Source: Candidatus Bathyarchaeota archaeon (GTDB lineage: Archaea > Thermoproteota > Bathyarchaeia > Bathyarchaeales > Bathycorpusculaceae). From it: a DNA stretch of 64,000 nt. Below are positions 29,720 to 38,966 of this stretch, in pieces. The translations under genes and the position numbers were made by a program. The notes beneath the pieces are model-generated. The model saw only the letters and a program-made list of their open reading frames with translations, searched no databases and was not told the DNA's origin. The stretch lies in assembly GCA_963772455.1 (NCBI GenBank), contig CAVYXJ010000010.1:128001-192000 (forward strand). The letters run 5' to 3'. Each line of letters opens with the position of its first letter. Position 1 is the first letter of the stretch.

Positions 29720-30676
29720 TTATTTCTTGTTTAACCTTGTGAGCAGCGAGCTTGTCATTATCGGCATTATTATTGTAGCGTCGCCTTCTATCATTATGCG
29801 TTTGGCTTTTTCGTTGATTTTTCCCCAAGAAACCGCTTCTCTTGGACGGGCGCCGCTGAGGCTACCGTCCCATTCGTCTGCGGTCGTAATATAGACAACA
29901 TAGTCTAATCCGTCTTTGAATTGGTTCCACCAAATCGTGTGATGTTTGCTGATTCCGCCTCCGACGATCAAGGCGCCGCTTTTTTTAGCGTCAAAAACGA
30001 TGTTGTTGAGGTCACCTTCGTCTTTAAGCAAGTTAATGCGAAAGTCTTTGTGATCTTGGCTAAAGAACCAGAGTTGATAACCTACTGCGCCATCGGTTAT
30101 GCCGGGAACAAATACTGGTATGTTGTGTTTGGCTGCCCAATAGAGAATTGAGGTTTCATCGCAGCATCGTAAACCAATTTCGCGTGAAAGCTCGCTTGTT
30201 GAAAGCTCCTTTTTGCCCTCTTTGTATAGCTCTTCAAGCAACCTGATTATTTGTTTCTCTAAAACTACACCATAACTGTCGTTTGGGACAAGTACGTTTC
30301 CAAGACGGTTTACTCCTTCTTGGTGAAGCTTGGAATCATTCATAATGAAACTACCTTTATAGTAGTCTCTGTAACAACGTGCTACATCGTGGTCCAGTGT
30401 TCCGCATGTGGTTATTATTACATCGACTAGTTTGTGTTTAACAAGTTCTCTGATTACGCCGCGGGTGCCAGTGGCTACAATGTCAGCTGTGAATGATAAA
30501 AATTTTACACATTCTTTGTCATTGATCATTGCTTCCATGATGTTGACGCCTGTAGCAAGCTTGCCTGCAGTGAAGCCCCACGCTGCATCCATCTGTGAAA
30601 CAAGCTCGTTAACAGTCAGTTCTTTTGAGAAATCGTAATCTTTCACTGGTACCTTATGTGATGTTTCTTTGTGCAT
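29720..30676 (-). CDS. dys: Deoxyhypusine synthase (canonical type)
   Basis: FLSFTA.IVATG.R, TTCG.LDHD, NRLGNV.VPN, TDGAVG, GGGISKHH, DGSLSGARPREAVSWGKI. Confidence 0.93.
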   Translation of the reverse strand: MHKETSHKVPVKDYDFSKELTVNELVSQMDAAWGFTAGKLATGVNIMEAMINDKECVKFLSFTADIVATGTRGVIRELVKHKLVDVIITTCGTLDHDVARCYRDYYKGSFIMNDSKLHQEGVNRLGNVLVPNDSYGVVLEKQIIRLLEELYKEGKKELSTSELSREIGLRCCDETSILYWAAKHNIPVFVPGITDGAVGYQLWFFSQDHKDFRINLLKDEGDLNNIVFDAKKSGALIVGGGISKHHTIWWNQFKDGLDYVVYITTADEWDGSLSGARPREAVSWGKINEKAKRIMIEGDATIIMPIMTSSLLTRLNKK

Positions 30677-30743
30677 CCCTATTTTCTCCTACTACATCTC
30701 TGATACCTGAAATTGAAATAAATAGGTGTCGAAAGGTGATTGC

Positions 30744-31634
30744 TTAGTATGATAGGTAATCGATAATTCGTTGATAGATGTCTTTATCCATTGAGTCTTC
30801 GTAGCCTGCATAGATGCTTGGGTTATCATTGATTTCTACAACCACGTAGTCTCCGTCGACTTCTTTGATGTCTACTCCATAGAGCCCTTTTCCTGCTACA
30901 CTGCATGCTTTAAGAGCCACTTCTCTGAGTCTTGCTGGCATATCTTTTTTCTCTGAGCTGACTGTTCTGCCCCAAACCACGGTAGGTTTTCCGCGAAGTT
31001 TAGCACCGTGTTTCCATTTGCCTTTTGGAATCATGTATTTGCAGACGTACAAAATATCGTTGTTTAATACGCCTACTCTCCAATCAAAACCCGTTGGAGT
31101 GAATTTTTGAATTGCCAACACATCCGATTTTTTAAAGAATCTTTTGGCGATATCCCTGAAACTGGTTTCGCAAGCAGCCTTCTCGACGTAACGTGAAAAA
31201 CTTGTGTAGGGTGCTTTAATGACGACGGGTTTGCCGAGTTCGTCGAAGATTTCTCTGATTTTTTTATGGTGTAAATCGTCTTTGTTTAGGAAAACGGTTG
31301 GGATGCGGGGGACGTCGTATTTTTCGAAGAGTGCATATTGGTGGATTTTGTTGCCGCAGATTTTGATGGATTCTGGGTCGTCGACTACTTTTAAGCCCAG
31401 TTCCCAAGCAGTTTTTGAAACAATGTATGAAGTAAAGAGTGGGTCTGTGGTTGCTCTGATAAAGACAGCGTCGTAATTTGGAATGTCTTCGATGTTTTCG
31501 CGGAAAAGAAAATTAAATTCGTTTCCTGATCGTTCAGCAGCTAGCTTAAAGTTTTGAAGAGCGGCTTCCTCTCTGTGGTCAGTAAAATTATATTTTTCAA
31601 CAAAGCAAGCGATCTTAGACACCGATATGTTCAC
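30744..31634 (-). CDS. RimK-family ATP-grasp amino-acid/peptide ligase
   Basis: DAVFIRATT, VVDDP.SI..C.NK, PVVIKAP..SFS, QKF.PT.FDWRVGVL, YGVDIK, EINDNP. Confidence 0.9.
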   Translation of the reverse strand: MNISVSKIACFVEKYNFTDHREEAALQNFKLAAERSGNEFNFLFRENIEDIPNYDAVFIRATTDPLFTSYIVSKTAWELGLKVVDDPESIKICGNKIHQYALFEKYDVPRIPTVFLNKDDLHHKKIREIFDELGKPVVIKAPYTSFSRYVEKAACETSFRDIAKRFFKKSDVLAIQKFTPTGFDWRVGVLNNDILYVCKYMIPKGKWKHGAKLRGKPTVVWGRTVSSEKKDMPARLREVALKACSVAGKGLYGVDIKEVDGDYVVVEINDNPSIYAGYEDSMDKDIYQRIIDYLSY

Positions 31635-32310
31635 CCTGCTGAGAAATCAGCATAATCTCCTTCGAGATTAACTCTAAATCATTCTTAGATAGCTCAGTTT
31701 CTTTCATTGGTTCAAGACCACACAGGAACGCTTTTCCTTCTGTTTTTTGAACATGAACTTTACAGATGGGAATCTTGAAGAGTTCATAAACCTTTTCCGT
31801 GATAGCGCTAATTTGCTCATCCTCGATTTGGGATTTGCCCAAAAACGATTTGACTGTAAACATTTCGCCAGTTAGAGGTTGAGCGCAAACAGTAAATTTA
31901 TAGTTCATCCCCAAACTTTTTGTTGCCCGATATAAGGCGCTCTTGTTTTTAGCGACTTGATAACCTTCATAAATGAATGGGTTAACTGCAAAAACCACGA
32001 CTGGCAATTTGAGTTCAGTCATTATTTTCTTAACTGAATCTGTAACGAGAAACGGTAAAGTTGGAATCTTTGCTCTTTTCGCGCGCAAGAGAAGAATTGG
32101 TATTCTGCTTGAATCAATAATGTTTTCACATGAAGGAATAACGTTGTTGCCTAAAACTTCCGCGTGTAAGGACACATAATAACCTGTTTTTAGGTACCGA
32201 TACTCGTTGTTGATGTTGAGGGTGGTATCTTTAATCGATGATTCAAGAAACTGTGAAGGTTTTAGAGCTTTGAGCTCATCTTTAAGGTCGAAGTTAGAGA
32301 CGACCAACAC
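31615..32310 (-). CDS. RimK-like ATP-grasp N-terminal (RLAN)-domain protein
   Basis: N...Y.YL..GYYVSLHAE..G..VIPS signature; overlaps the start of the RimK-family gene. Confidence 0.78.
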   Translation of the reverse strand: MLVVSNFDLKDELKALKPSQFLESSIKDTTLNINNEYRYLKTGYYVSLHAEVLGNNVIPSCENIIDSSRIPILLLRAKRAKIPTLPFLVTDSVKKIMTELKLPVVVFAVNPFIYEGYQVAKNKSALYRATKSLGMNYKFTVCAQPLTGEMFTVKSFLGKSQIEDEQISAITEKVYELFKIPICKVHVQKTEGKAFLCGLEPMKETELSKNDLELISKEIMLISQQGEHIGV

Positions 32311-32328
32311 TCATAGTGCACCAGTTAA

Positions 32329-33609
32329 TTGGAAGGCGTTATTCGTAGAGCTATATTTAAAATTAACTATACACAAATACAGCATCTTAAGTTAACGCTA
32401 AATAAAAAAGAGGCAAAATCAACGTATAAACCGCTTGAAGTACTCGGACCGGAACATGAATACTCGCTCGTAGACAAGAATCTAAAGCCAATGCCAATTA
32501 GCGATAAAATCATCAAAGATTATTGCGGAAAAATAATAAATTTCATCGAACTGCCCTCTTTTACATTTGGTAAAGAAATGCAAATGCATGTAATGGAGAT
32601 CAAAGCCAATCAACCCTTCAAAACACCCTCTGAATTTGAAGAAACTATGCAAACCGCTGTCTCAACGCTAAATCAAATCGTGCAAAAACATGGCGCCATG
32701 TTGCTTGGAACAGGCATGCACCCCCTCCTTGAACTGGAGGAAACTGGCATCTGGTCTCATTACCACAAAAAAATTTACCAGCAATACGGAAAAATCTTCA
32801 ACTTAAACCAGCACGGATGGCTAAATATCCAGAGTTTTCACCTAAATTTGCCTTTTCAAAAAGAAGCCGACGCCATTCAAACTCATAACATACTCGCTAA
32901 CCTGTGCGCTTATTTGCCAGCAATTTCTGCTTCTTCACCAATTTATGAGGGCAAAAATGGTCCAGACGTTGATAATCGCCTGCAATTCTATAAGTTAAAC
33001 CAGAAGGAAATCCCGTCAATAAGTGGAACTGTCATCCCAGAATATGTTTTTTCAATTGACCAATACAAGCGAGATGTTATTGAGCAATACTCAAGGGATT
33101 TAGCTAATGCGGGAGCAGACAAAACTTTGTTGCACCGAGAATGGGTTAACTCAAGAGGAGTAATTTTCCGCTTTGACCGTTGTGCTCTTGAAGTTCGAGT
33201 AATGGATGAGCAGGAATGCTTGAAGTCGGATGTGGCTTTAGCTTGTTTTGTGCGTGCTGCTCTTAGAGGTTTAATTGCTTTGAATGTTGAACTTTTAACG
33301 CATGATGTTCTAATTGATGATTTCAACAAAGTCATTAAGGATGGCTTAAGTGCAAAGGTTTTAAGTTCACATGGAAAAACAGCAAGGCAAGTTTGCCAAT
33401 ATTACCTCAAAATAGCCTTAGAATATGCGACTGAAGATGAGAAAAAGTATCTATGGCTTGTCAAGAAGCGCATTGAAGAAGGCAATCTTTCAGAGCTTAT
33501 TCGTGAAAGAGTTTTGAGGCGATCTCAGAAAACAAGTTTCCATCAATCTATCATTGATGTTTATTCAACTCTTATTAAGTGCCTAATTGATAATCAACCC
33601 TACCTCTAA
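32329..33609 (+). CDS. Glutamate-cysteine ligase family 2 (GCS2/YbdK-like) carboxylate-amine ligase
   Basis: GPEHEYSLVD, KE.Q.HV.EIK, GTGMHP, HGWLNIQSFHLNLP, SASSP, NSRG.I.RFDR.A.E.RVMD.QEC; start uncertain. Confidence 0.88.
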   Translation: MEGVIRRAIFKINYTQIQHLKLTLNKKEAKSTYKPLEVLGPEHEYSLVDKNLKPMPISDKIIKDYCGKIINFIELPSFTFGKEMQMHVMEIKANQPFKTPSEFEETMQTAVSTLNQIVQKHGAMLLGTGMHPLLELEETGIWSHYHKKIYQQYGKIFNLNQHGWLNIQSFHLNLPFQKEADAIQTHNILANLCAYLPAISASSPIYEGKNGPDVDNRLQFYKLNQKEIPSISGTVIPEYVFSIDQYKRDVIEQYSRDLANAGADKTLLHREWVNSRGVIFRFDRCALEVRVMDEQECLKSDVALACFVRAALRGLIALNVELLTHDVLIDDFNKVIKDGLSAKVLSSHGKTARQVCQYYLKIALEYATEDEKKYLWLVKKRIEEGNLSELIRERVLRRSQKTSFHQSIIDVYSTLIKCLIDNQPYL

Positions 33610-33615
33610 AAATGG

Positions 33616-34167
33616 GTGAAAAAAATGCCAGAAGACAACAAAGGAACAACCTACTCGTATGACGTGTGCAGTGAATGTAAAATTATCTGTTGCCAAGACG
33701 CTAAGCCACCAGTAAGTGAAAGCCGAAAAAAAATAATAAAAGAATATTTACAAGAACAGAAAATAAACGTTGAATCACCTTTCGCAAAAGAAAACTATTC
33801 TTACCCTTCAATTGATGAAAATCTACTCTGCAAGTTTAACAGTAAAGAAACCAAGAAATGTATTGTTCATTCAGTTAAGCCTGAAACCTGTCGAGCTGGA
33901 CCAATTACTTTCGACATTAATTTTAAAACAAATAAAGTCGAGTATTTCTTGAAAAAATCAGAAATCTGCGCTTATGCAGGGGAACTCTATAAGGATAAAT
34001 CCGCTTTCAATAATCATTTTGAAGTTGCCAAGAGAGAAATTATGCGGCTGGTTAAAGAATTGGATGCGAATGAGTTGCGGGAGCTTACGAAAATTGAAGA
34101 ACCGCTAACATTCAAAGTAGGTGAAGAAGATTTGCCTTTTGAAGTGGTTAAGAAACTTGGTTTATAA
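33616..34167 (+). CDS. YkgJ-family cysteine-cluster protein
   Basis: CSEC...CC, C.F......C.VH..KPETCRAGP. Confidence 0.85.
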   Translation: MKKMPEDNKGTTYSYDVCSECKIICCQDAKPPVSESRKKIIKEYLQEQKINVESPFAKENYSYPSIDENLLCKFNSKETKKCIVHSVKPETCRAGPITFDINFKTNKVEYFLKKSEICAYAGELYKDKSAFNNHFEVAKREIMRLVKELDANELRELTKIEEPLTFKVGEEDLPFEVVKKLGL

Positions 34168-34527
34168 AAAGCCAGCATCTCTTAGTTTGAGTGCTACGCC
34201 AATGTCGCCTCTAAAATGAACTTTTCCTGTGAAGAAGGCTTTTTCGGGACTCAATTTGCCGTTAACCATGTCCATAAAATCGTTCTCGTTCATTTTCAAT
34301 GTTAACGTTGGGGCTTCATGGGTTCCCTCGGTAACTTTAATTTTCTGGTCTTTTAAAATAACCATCCAGTTTCCGCCTTCTGGTCCAGTTATATTTAGTT
34401 GAGTTATGACATTGATACCTGCTGCTTTTTCTGGTTTAAACCTGGTGGGTAAGGCTTTTTCGAAGAATTCTCTGGGGGTATTTGTCTCCATGATCTCAGC
34501 CCGTTGATTTTTAATCATTTTACACAT
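34162..34527 (-). CDS. Stand-alone SCP2 sterol/lipid-binding domain protein
   Basis: QLNITG..GG.W, P..TL.M...DF..M..GKL....AF..GK....GD. Confidence 0.85.
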   Translation of the reverse strand: MCKMIKNQRAEIMETNTPREFFEKALPTRFKPEKAAGINVITQLNITGPEGGNWMVILKDQKIKVTEGTHEAPTLTLKMNENDFMDMVNGKLSPEKAFFTGKVHFRGDIGVALKLRDAGFL

Positions 34528-34551
34528 TTGGGTTATTGAACGTTTGGTAAT

Positions 34552-35310
34552 TTACCTAAAGAGGTCTCTTTCTTTGGCTCTTGTTAGAGAAGTTGCTGAA
34601 GCGTTTTCGTCTGTTTGATAGTTGTAACCTCGAATGATAGCGACTGGAATTCCTTCGTTTGCTTGGCCAATTACAAGTTCTGCAGCAGAAGAAAGTTCGT
34701 CTGCGATAGCAGTTTGTTTTATTCTAAGAGTGTAGCCAAAGAGGTCTTTTTCGCCCCGCCTGTCCCGTATTGGTTTAAATCCTGCCACTCCAACGGCCAC
34801 GTTAATCTCGCCTAGCCTAAACGGTCTGCCATGAGTGTCAGAAATAATAACTGCCACGTTAGCGGATGTTAAACGTTTTATTTCTTTTTTTATATTCTCT
34901 GCCGAAGCGCTCGGATTTTTTGGCAAGGGAACAACATTTCTGTCTCCTGATACATTGGATCGATCAACTCCTGCATTAGCGCAAATAATACCGCTGACGG
35001 TTTCAGTTATAATGCTGTTTTGACCAACGCGAACGATGTCTTTGGTTTCCTGCAAAATAACCTCAACTAATGCGGGGTCTTTGTTGGTTTTTTGAGCTAT
35101 TTCCTTTGCTTTCTCTGAGGGCTTAACTGTGTCTAGATCGATTACGTTTCCTTCTGCCTTCGAAACCACGACATGCGTAACTACTACAATGTCTTTTTCT
35201 TGGATTGGATTACTCTGTTTTTTTGCTGCTTCAACAATAAGCTTCCCTAAGTTGTCCCCTTTCTTAATTAAAGGTAAGTTTTCAACAGCGAATACTTGAA
35301 TAGGATTCAC
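34552..35310 (-). CDS. cofE: Coenzyme F420-0:L-glutamate ligase
   Basis: LPLIKKGD.L, VVSKAEG, ICANAGVD.SN, IISDT.GRPFR.G, DE..SAA.LV.GQ..EG.PVAIIRG, DLFR. Confidence 0.94.
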   Translation of the reverse strand: MNPIQVFAVENLPLIKKGDNLGKLIVEAAKKQSNPIQEKDIVVVTHVVVSKAEGNVIDLDTVKPSEKAKEIAQKTNKDPALVEVILQETKDIVRVGQNSIITETVSGIICANAGVDRSNVSGDRNVVPLPKNPSASAENIKKEIKRLTSANVAVIISDTHGRPFRLGEINVAVGVAGFKPIRDRRGEKDLFGYTLRIKQTAIADELSSAAELVIGQANEGIPVAIIRGYNYQTDENASATSLTRAKERDLFR

Positions 35311-35390
35311 GCATTTTGCCTCTTCTAAACTTGCTAATTAAGCTATAGAACTTAAGTATATCTCGGAAAAAGTTTGGAAAGATAAAAATT

Positions 35391-35423
35391 GAAAAAAGAA
35401 TGATGGGACCGTAAAGGTCTCAT
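35391..35423 (-). terminator. Hairpin plus U-tract after the MetF-like gene
   Basis: Minus strand ATGAGACC-tttac-GGTCCCAT (one mismatch) followed by CATTCTTTTTTC. Confidence 0.5.
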
Positions 35424-35440
35424 TTGTTGGTTTGGGTTTT

Positions 35441-36166
35441 TTAGCTTCTGAATTTCTGTAGTTTCTGAAGCATTAGTTTGTCGCCTTCAGCATCGCCTGC
35501 GCATGTAGCGATAATGCCGTCGACGAGTCCTACAAGCTTGCTTGCTTTTTCTTCAACTGTATCCATGGTTGCAGCAACTGGCCATCCGATCATTTTGACG
35601 GTTTCTACGTTTTTGTCTGTTCCAACTAGGAAGTATGCGAACAATGGCTTATTGAGTTTCTTGCATTCTGCTGATACTGCTTTGAGGGCGTCAAATGAGT
35701 CGTCGGTTAGCCTCATGAAATACACGAAGTCCCATGGCTCCCGTACCCGTTCAAGAGTTTCTTCTATTGAACGTCTTGCTGTTAGCAAGCAGCCGAGTTT
35801 GAGGTTCTTGGTCTTTACATTAGTTCGTATAAAGTCTCTTGCTGCTTCGGATGAGGGCAGCATTGTTATGGGTTGACCAAACTTTGGGTTGTCTCCCATA
35901 GTGACTGCTAAGCCGTCTAAACCAATTATGTCCGATGCTAAAGCTAAGCCTCCTACTTCAACTGGTCCTTTATACTTTAGAATGAAAATTGGTACGACGT
36001 ATTTTTCTGGGTACTTGTATTTGAGTAAGCAGCTTACGACTACTCCGCTTGGAGCTGGGTAACCTGCTGCACCGTCAGTTACGTTCCATCCATCTACTAA
36101 GTCTTTGAGTTCGTCTGCAAGCTTTAGGAATTTACGTGTTGGCACAAATTCATTTAGTATTTTCAT
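35441..36166 (-). CDS. Short MetF/MTHFR-like flavoprotein TIM barrel
   Basis: N-terminal E..P, D..NVTD...G.P..S, GLDGLAVTMGDNP resemble MTHFR strands 1-4; remainder divergent. Confidence 0.6.
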   Translation of the reverse strand: MKILNEFVPTRKFLKLADELKDLVDGWNVTDGAAGYPAPSGVVVSCLLKYKYPEKYVVPIFILKYKGPVEVGGLALASDIIGLDGLAVTMGDNPKFGQPITMLPSSEAARDFIRTNVKTKNLKLGCLLTARRSIEETLERVREPWDFVYFMRLTDDSFDALKAVSAECKKLNKPLFAYFLVGTDKNVETVKMIGWPVAATMDTVEEKASKLVGLVDGIIATCAGDAEGDKLMLQKLQKFRS

Positions 36167-36281
36167 GGAGATTTCATCTCAGCTTAATGGGTGAGATGTT
36201 TGGGTTAAAAAGGCTTTTGCATTCGATGCATTGGTTTTTCAGAAAAAGTTATTTCTGGAGCAACATGTTCAAAAACAAGCA

Positions 36282-37139
36282 TTATTTATCCGCATTTAGG
36301 GCAACTAAAGTTTTTTTGGCGCGTTCCATCTTGAATTTGGATAATCTGACGACTTCCTCTTTATCAATTCCTTCTATCGCAGCATCCAAGTTTTTCACCA
36401 GTTCTACCCCTACCTTTGATCTAACAACCACACTTGAAAACCCAGGTTTACTCCCAACGGAACCAACTGAAATGTCAGCGAAACGCGATGCGAAATCATC
36501 ACAGTAAAGGCACGCTTTCTCTGCGGCGCAGTTAAGATCATTTACTTTGCAACTGTATTCTTTTCCGTGGGTAAAGGCTATGAATTTTCCATGCCGAATC
36601 TGTGTTTTTTCAACCTTGTCCAAGTCGATGCCCAAACGTGTACACATTTCTTTTTTCAGCTTTGTCTTGTTGAAAGCTTCAAAGCAGAATAAGCCGATAA
36701 CCGTGATTTCGCATTCATTCTTTAGCGATTGCTGTATTTTTCTGGCAGCTTTTGCTTCGCAAGGCGTGCAAACGATGGCTACCCTTCTTTTTCCTTGGTC
36801 GATTAGTTCACGCAGCTTCTTGGTAACGTTGACTCTGAGGTATATAGTTCCCCCTGCGGCCTTAGCTTCCTCGGCATTCGTGGCTACGACGACTTTTGCA
36901 TTGTACCCATCTCCGCGGTAAACGACAACAGCAGCATCAAAAATGTGCTCTTCAAAACCCTTCACTAAAAGAGCCGTAACCACCCCACCGTCTTGCCCCC
37001 CAAACCCACTTTTAGACGAAAACATATTGCAGTAAACTCCGAGGTTTGGGTCTTTTGAGCCTTCTAGAAATTGCTGTTCAATTTTAATTTCGTCTTGAGT
37101 TTTGTAGTTTTGGTTTTTTTCTGTTTGTTCATTAGGCAA
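36282..37139 (-). CDS. Coenzyme F420 hydrogenase/dehydrogenase beta subunit (FrhB family)
   Basis: GQDGGVVTALL, AAGGT.Y, VCTPCE, IGLFCFE.F, CLYCDDF....ADISVGSVGS..G.S.V.VRS..G. Confidence 0.88.
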   Translation of the reverse strand: MPNEQTEKNQNYKTQDEIKIEQQFLEGSKDPNLGVYCNMFSSKSGFGGQDGGVVTALLVKGFEEHIFDAAVVVYRGDGYNAKVVVATNAEEAKAAGGTIYLRVNVTKKLRELIDQGKRRVAIVCTPCEAKAARKIQQSLKNECEITVIGLFCFEAFNKTKLKKEMCTRLGIDLDKVEKTQIRHGKFIAFTHGKEYSCKVNDLNCAAEKACLYCDDFASRFADISVGSVGSKPGFSSVVVRSKVGVELVKNLDAAIEGIDKEEVVRLSKFKMERAKKTLVALNADK

Positions 37140-37331
37140 TTATGAGTTCAACCAATTTTTTCTTAAGTTTAAGGTGGGGTTTTCGGGCAAATAAAGCTTT
37201 AAACTTTTGGACAACCAGTTTTGTAATTAATTCGGTTATGTTATTTAATGAAAAGTCGCGATTACCAAATTCTTGATTTTGGTCTACTAAGGAAACGTAA
37301 ATTAATTCGGGAAAGAAATTATCTGTAGTTT

Positions 37332-38120
37332 GTGATTGTTATGAAAGTTGCTGTTTCTGGTAAAGGTGGCGTTGGCAAGACCTTGATTGCTGGTGGTTTA
37401 GCGAGTGGTTTTGTTGATCGCGGCTTAAAGACTATAGCTATTGATGCTGATTCTTCTCCAAATCTTGGTTTAACACTTGGGTTGTCAGCAGAGGAAACTC
37501 GTAAAATAGTGCCCATAACGGAAAACAAACCTTTGGTGGAAGCTAAAACTAGCACTGGTTACAACAGTATTTTTAATTTAAATTTCTCTGTAGACGACAT
37601 TGTTAAAGACTACTCTATATCCACTCCGCTTGGAGTAAATCTGATTGTCATGGGCACTGTGCAGGCGATGGAAGCAGGATGTATGTGCGCCCCAAACGCT
37701 GTCATCCGGGCTCTGCTACGACACCTTGTGGTTGATCGAAATGAAGCTGTTGTTATGGATTTAGAGGCGGGCGTAGAGCACATTGGCAGAGGAACTGCAA
37801 GACAAGTAGACGCCTTACTCACAGTTGCCGACTCTAACCTAAAATCCTTAGAGATCGCCAAACACATACACGATTTAGCATCTGCGGCAGGTATGAAAAA
37901 AATCTACCTCATTGGAAACAGAGTAATGAACGACGCTCAAAAAGAAGCAATTCAAAACTTCGCTGACAAGAATGGACTTAATTTGCTTGCTTTAGTACCC
38001 TTCGACCAAAAGGTGATTGAGGCAGATATGCTCGGAATAACCCCGTTGAAAAACAAGGAAATCGCAGCAGTTAAAGCCATAGATGATATCTGTGAGCTGT
38101 TGATTAATAAAACAGTATAA
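37332..38120 (+). CDS. cooC: CooC-type nickel-insertion ATPase
   Basis: GKGGVGKT, DAD.SPNL, GCMC Ni-binding CxC, DLEAGVEH.GRG. Confidence 0.9.
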   Translation: MIVMKVAVSGKGGVGKTLIAGGLASGFVDRGLKTIAIDADSSPNLGLTLGLSAEETRKIVPITENKPLVEAKTSTGYNSIFNLNFSVDDIVKDYSISTPLGVNLIVMGTVQAMEAGCMCAPNAVIRALLRHLVVDRNEAVVMDLEAGVEHIGRGTARQVDALLTVADSNLKSLEIAKHIHDLASAAGMKKIYLIGNRVMNDAQKEAIQNFADKNGLNLLALVPFDQKVIEADMLGITPLKNKEIAAVKAIDDICELLINKTV

Positions 38121-38244
38121 TCCTTTTCACTTTTTTGATAGTTACTTAGATAATTACCAATCTTTTCATTTTTTGGTTATCTGAAAATAACATAAATTAA
38201 AAAATATTTGTTTTCAAATAAGATTTCAAGTAGGTGGTTGTTTT

Positions 38245-38835
38245 ATGAGTCTTGATTGGAAAAAATGGGCAAAAAATGACTTAATCTTTGGAATTATCCT
38301 TCCGGTAATCGCTGTTTTCATTATTGTGCTGATTTCAAAACTTCAGTCATTGGTCGGTGGGGAACCAGGAATCGTTCTAGGACTAACAATGGAGATACTA
38401 GAACTAGTTGTAATAGTCGGTGTTCCCTTAGCGCTTGGTTTATTGTGGAATCAGTGGGCTGGTGGAGCTTCTGGCTTCTTAATGGGTACCTTCTATGCTT
38501 TTTATTGGTCAAATAGTTTTCATGGGATTGCAGGTTCCGGGACGGTCTTGTTAGCATACGTTCTTAGTCCAATGTTGATAGGTTATATAGCTGGAGCGTT
38601 AAATAAGCGATCTGACAATTTCAAAAGACTATTAATTTCCGCCATTGTCGCTTCAACAATTGGAGGCATAGTGCTATTTACTATATTCCAAATGTCAACT
38701 GCCAACGTAGTTACCGGATACATTGGATTTGCATTGACCGTCTTAGCTCGTATGCTCGCCGCTGTTCTTACCGCTATTGTAGTGAAAGTCTTCTTCTGGT
38801 ATGGCATGGGTGCTCACAAAGAACCAAATATTTGA
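38245..38835 (+). CDS. Membrane protein, possibly ECF S-component-like
   Basis: 196 aa, about 6 TM, small-residue pattern LGLLWNQWAGGASGFLMG and IGYIAG. Confidence 0.55.
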   Translation: MSLDWKKWAKNDLIFGIILPVIAVFIIVLISKLQSLVGGEPGIVLGLTMEILELVVIVGVPLALGLLWNQWAGGASGFLMGTFYAFYWSNSFHGIAGSGTVLLAYVLSPMLIGYIAGALNKRSDNFKRLLISAIVASTIGGIVLFTIFQMSTANVVTGYIGFALTVLARMLAAVLTAIVVKVFFWYGMGAHKEPNI

Positions 38836-38966
38836 TAACACTTTTTTACGCCATTTTGAGACAAATTTCTTGGCTTTAGTCATTAAATGAAAAACTGAGA
38901 ATATTAATCTGTGTCAAAAATATCAAATAAAAGAAATGGACGTAAGAGGCTAAACATTACCGGTTT

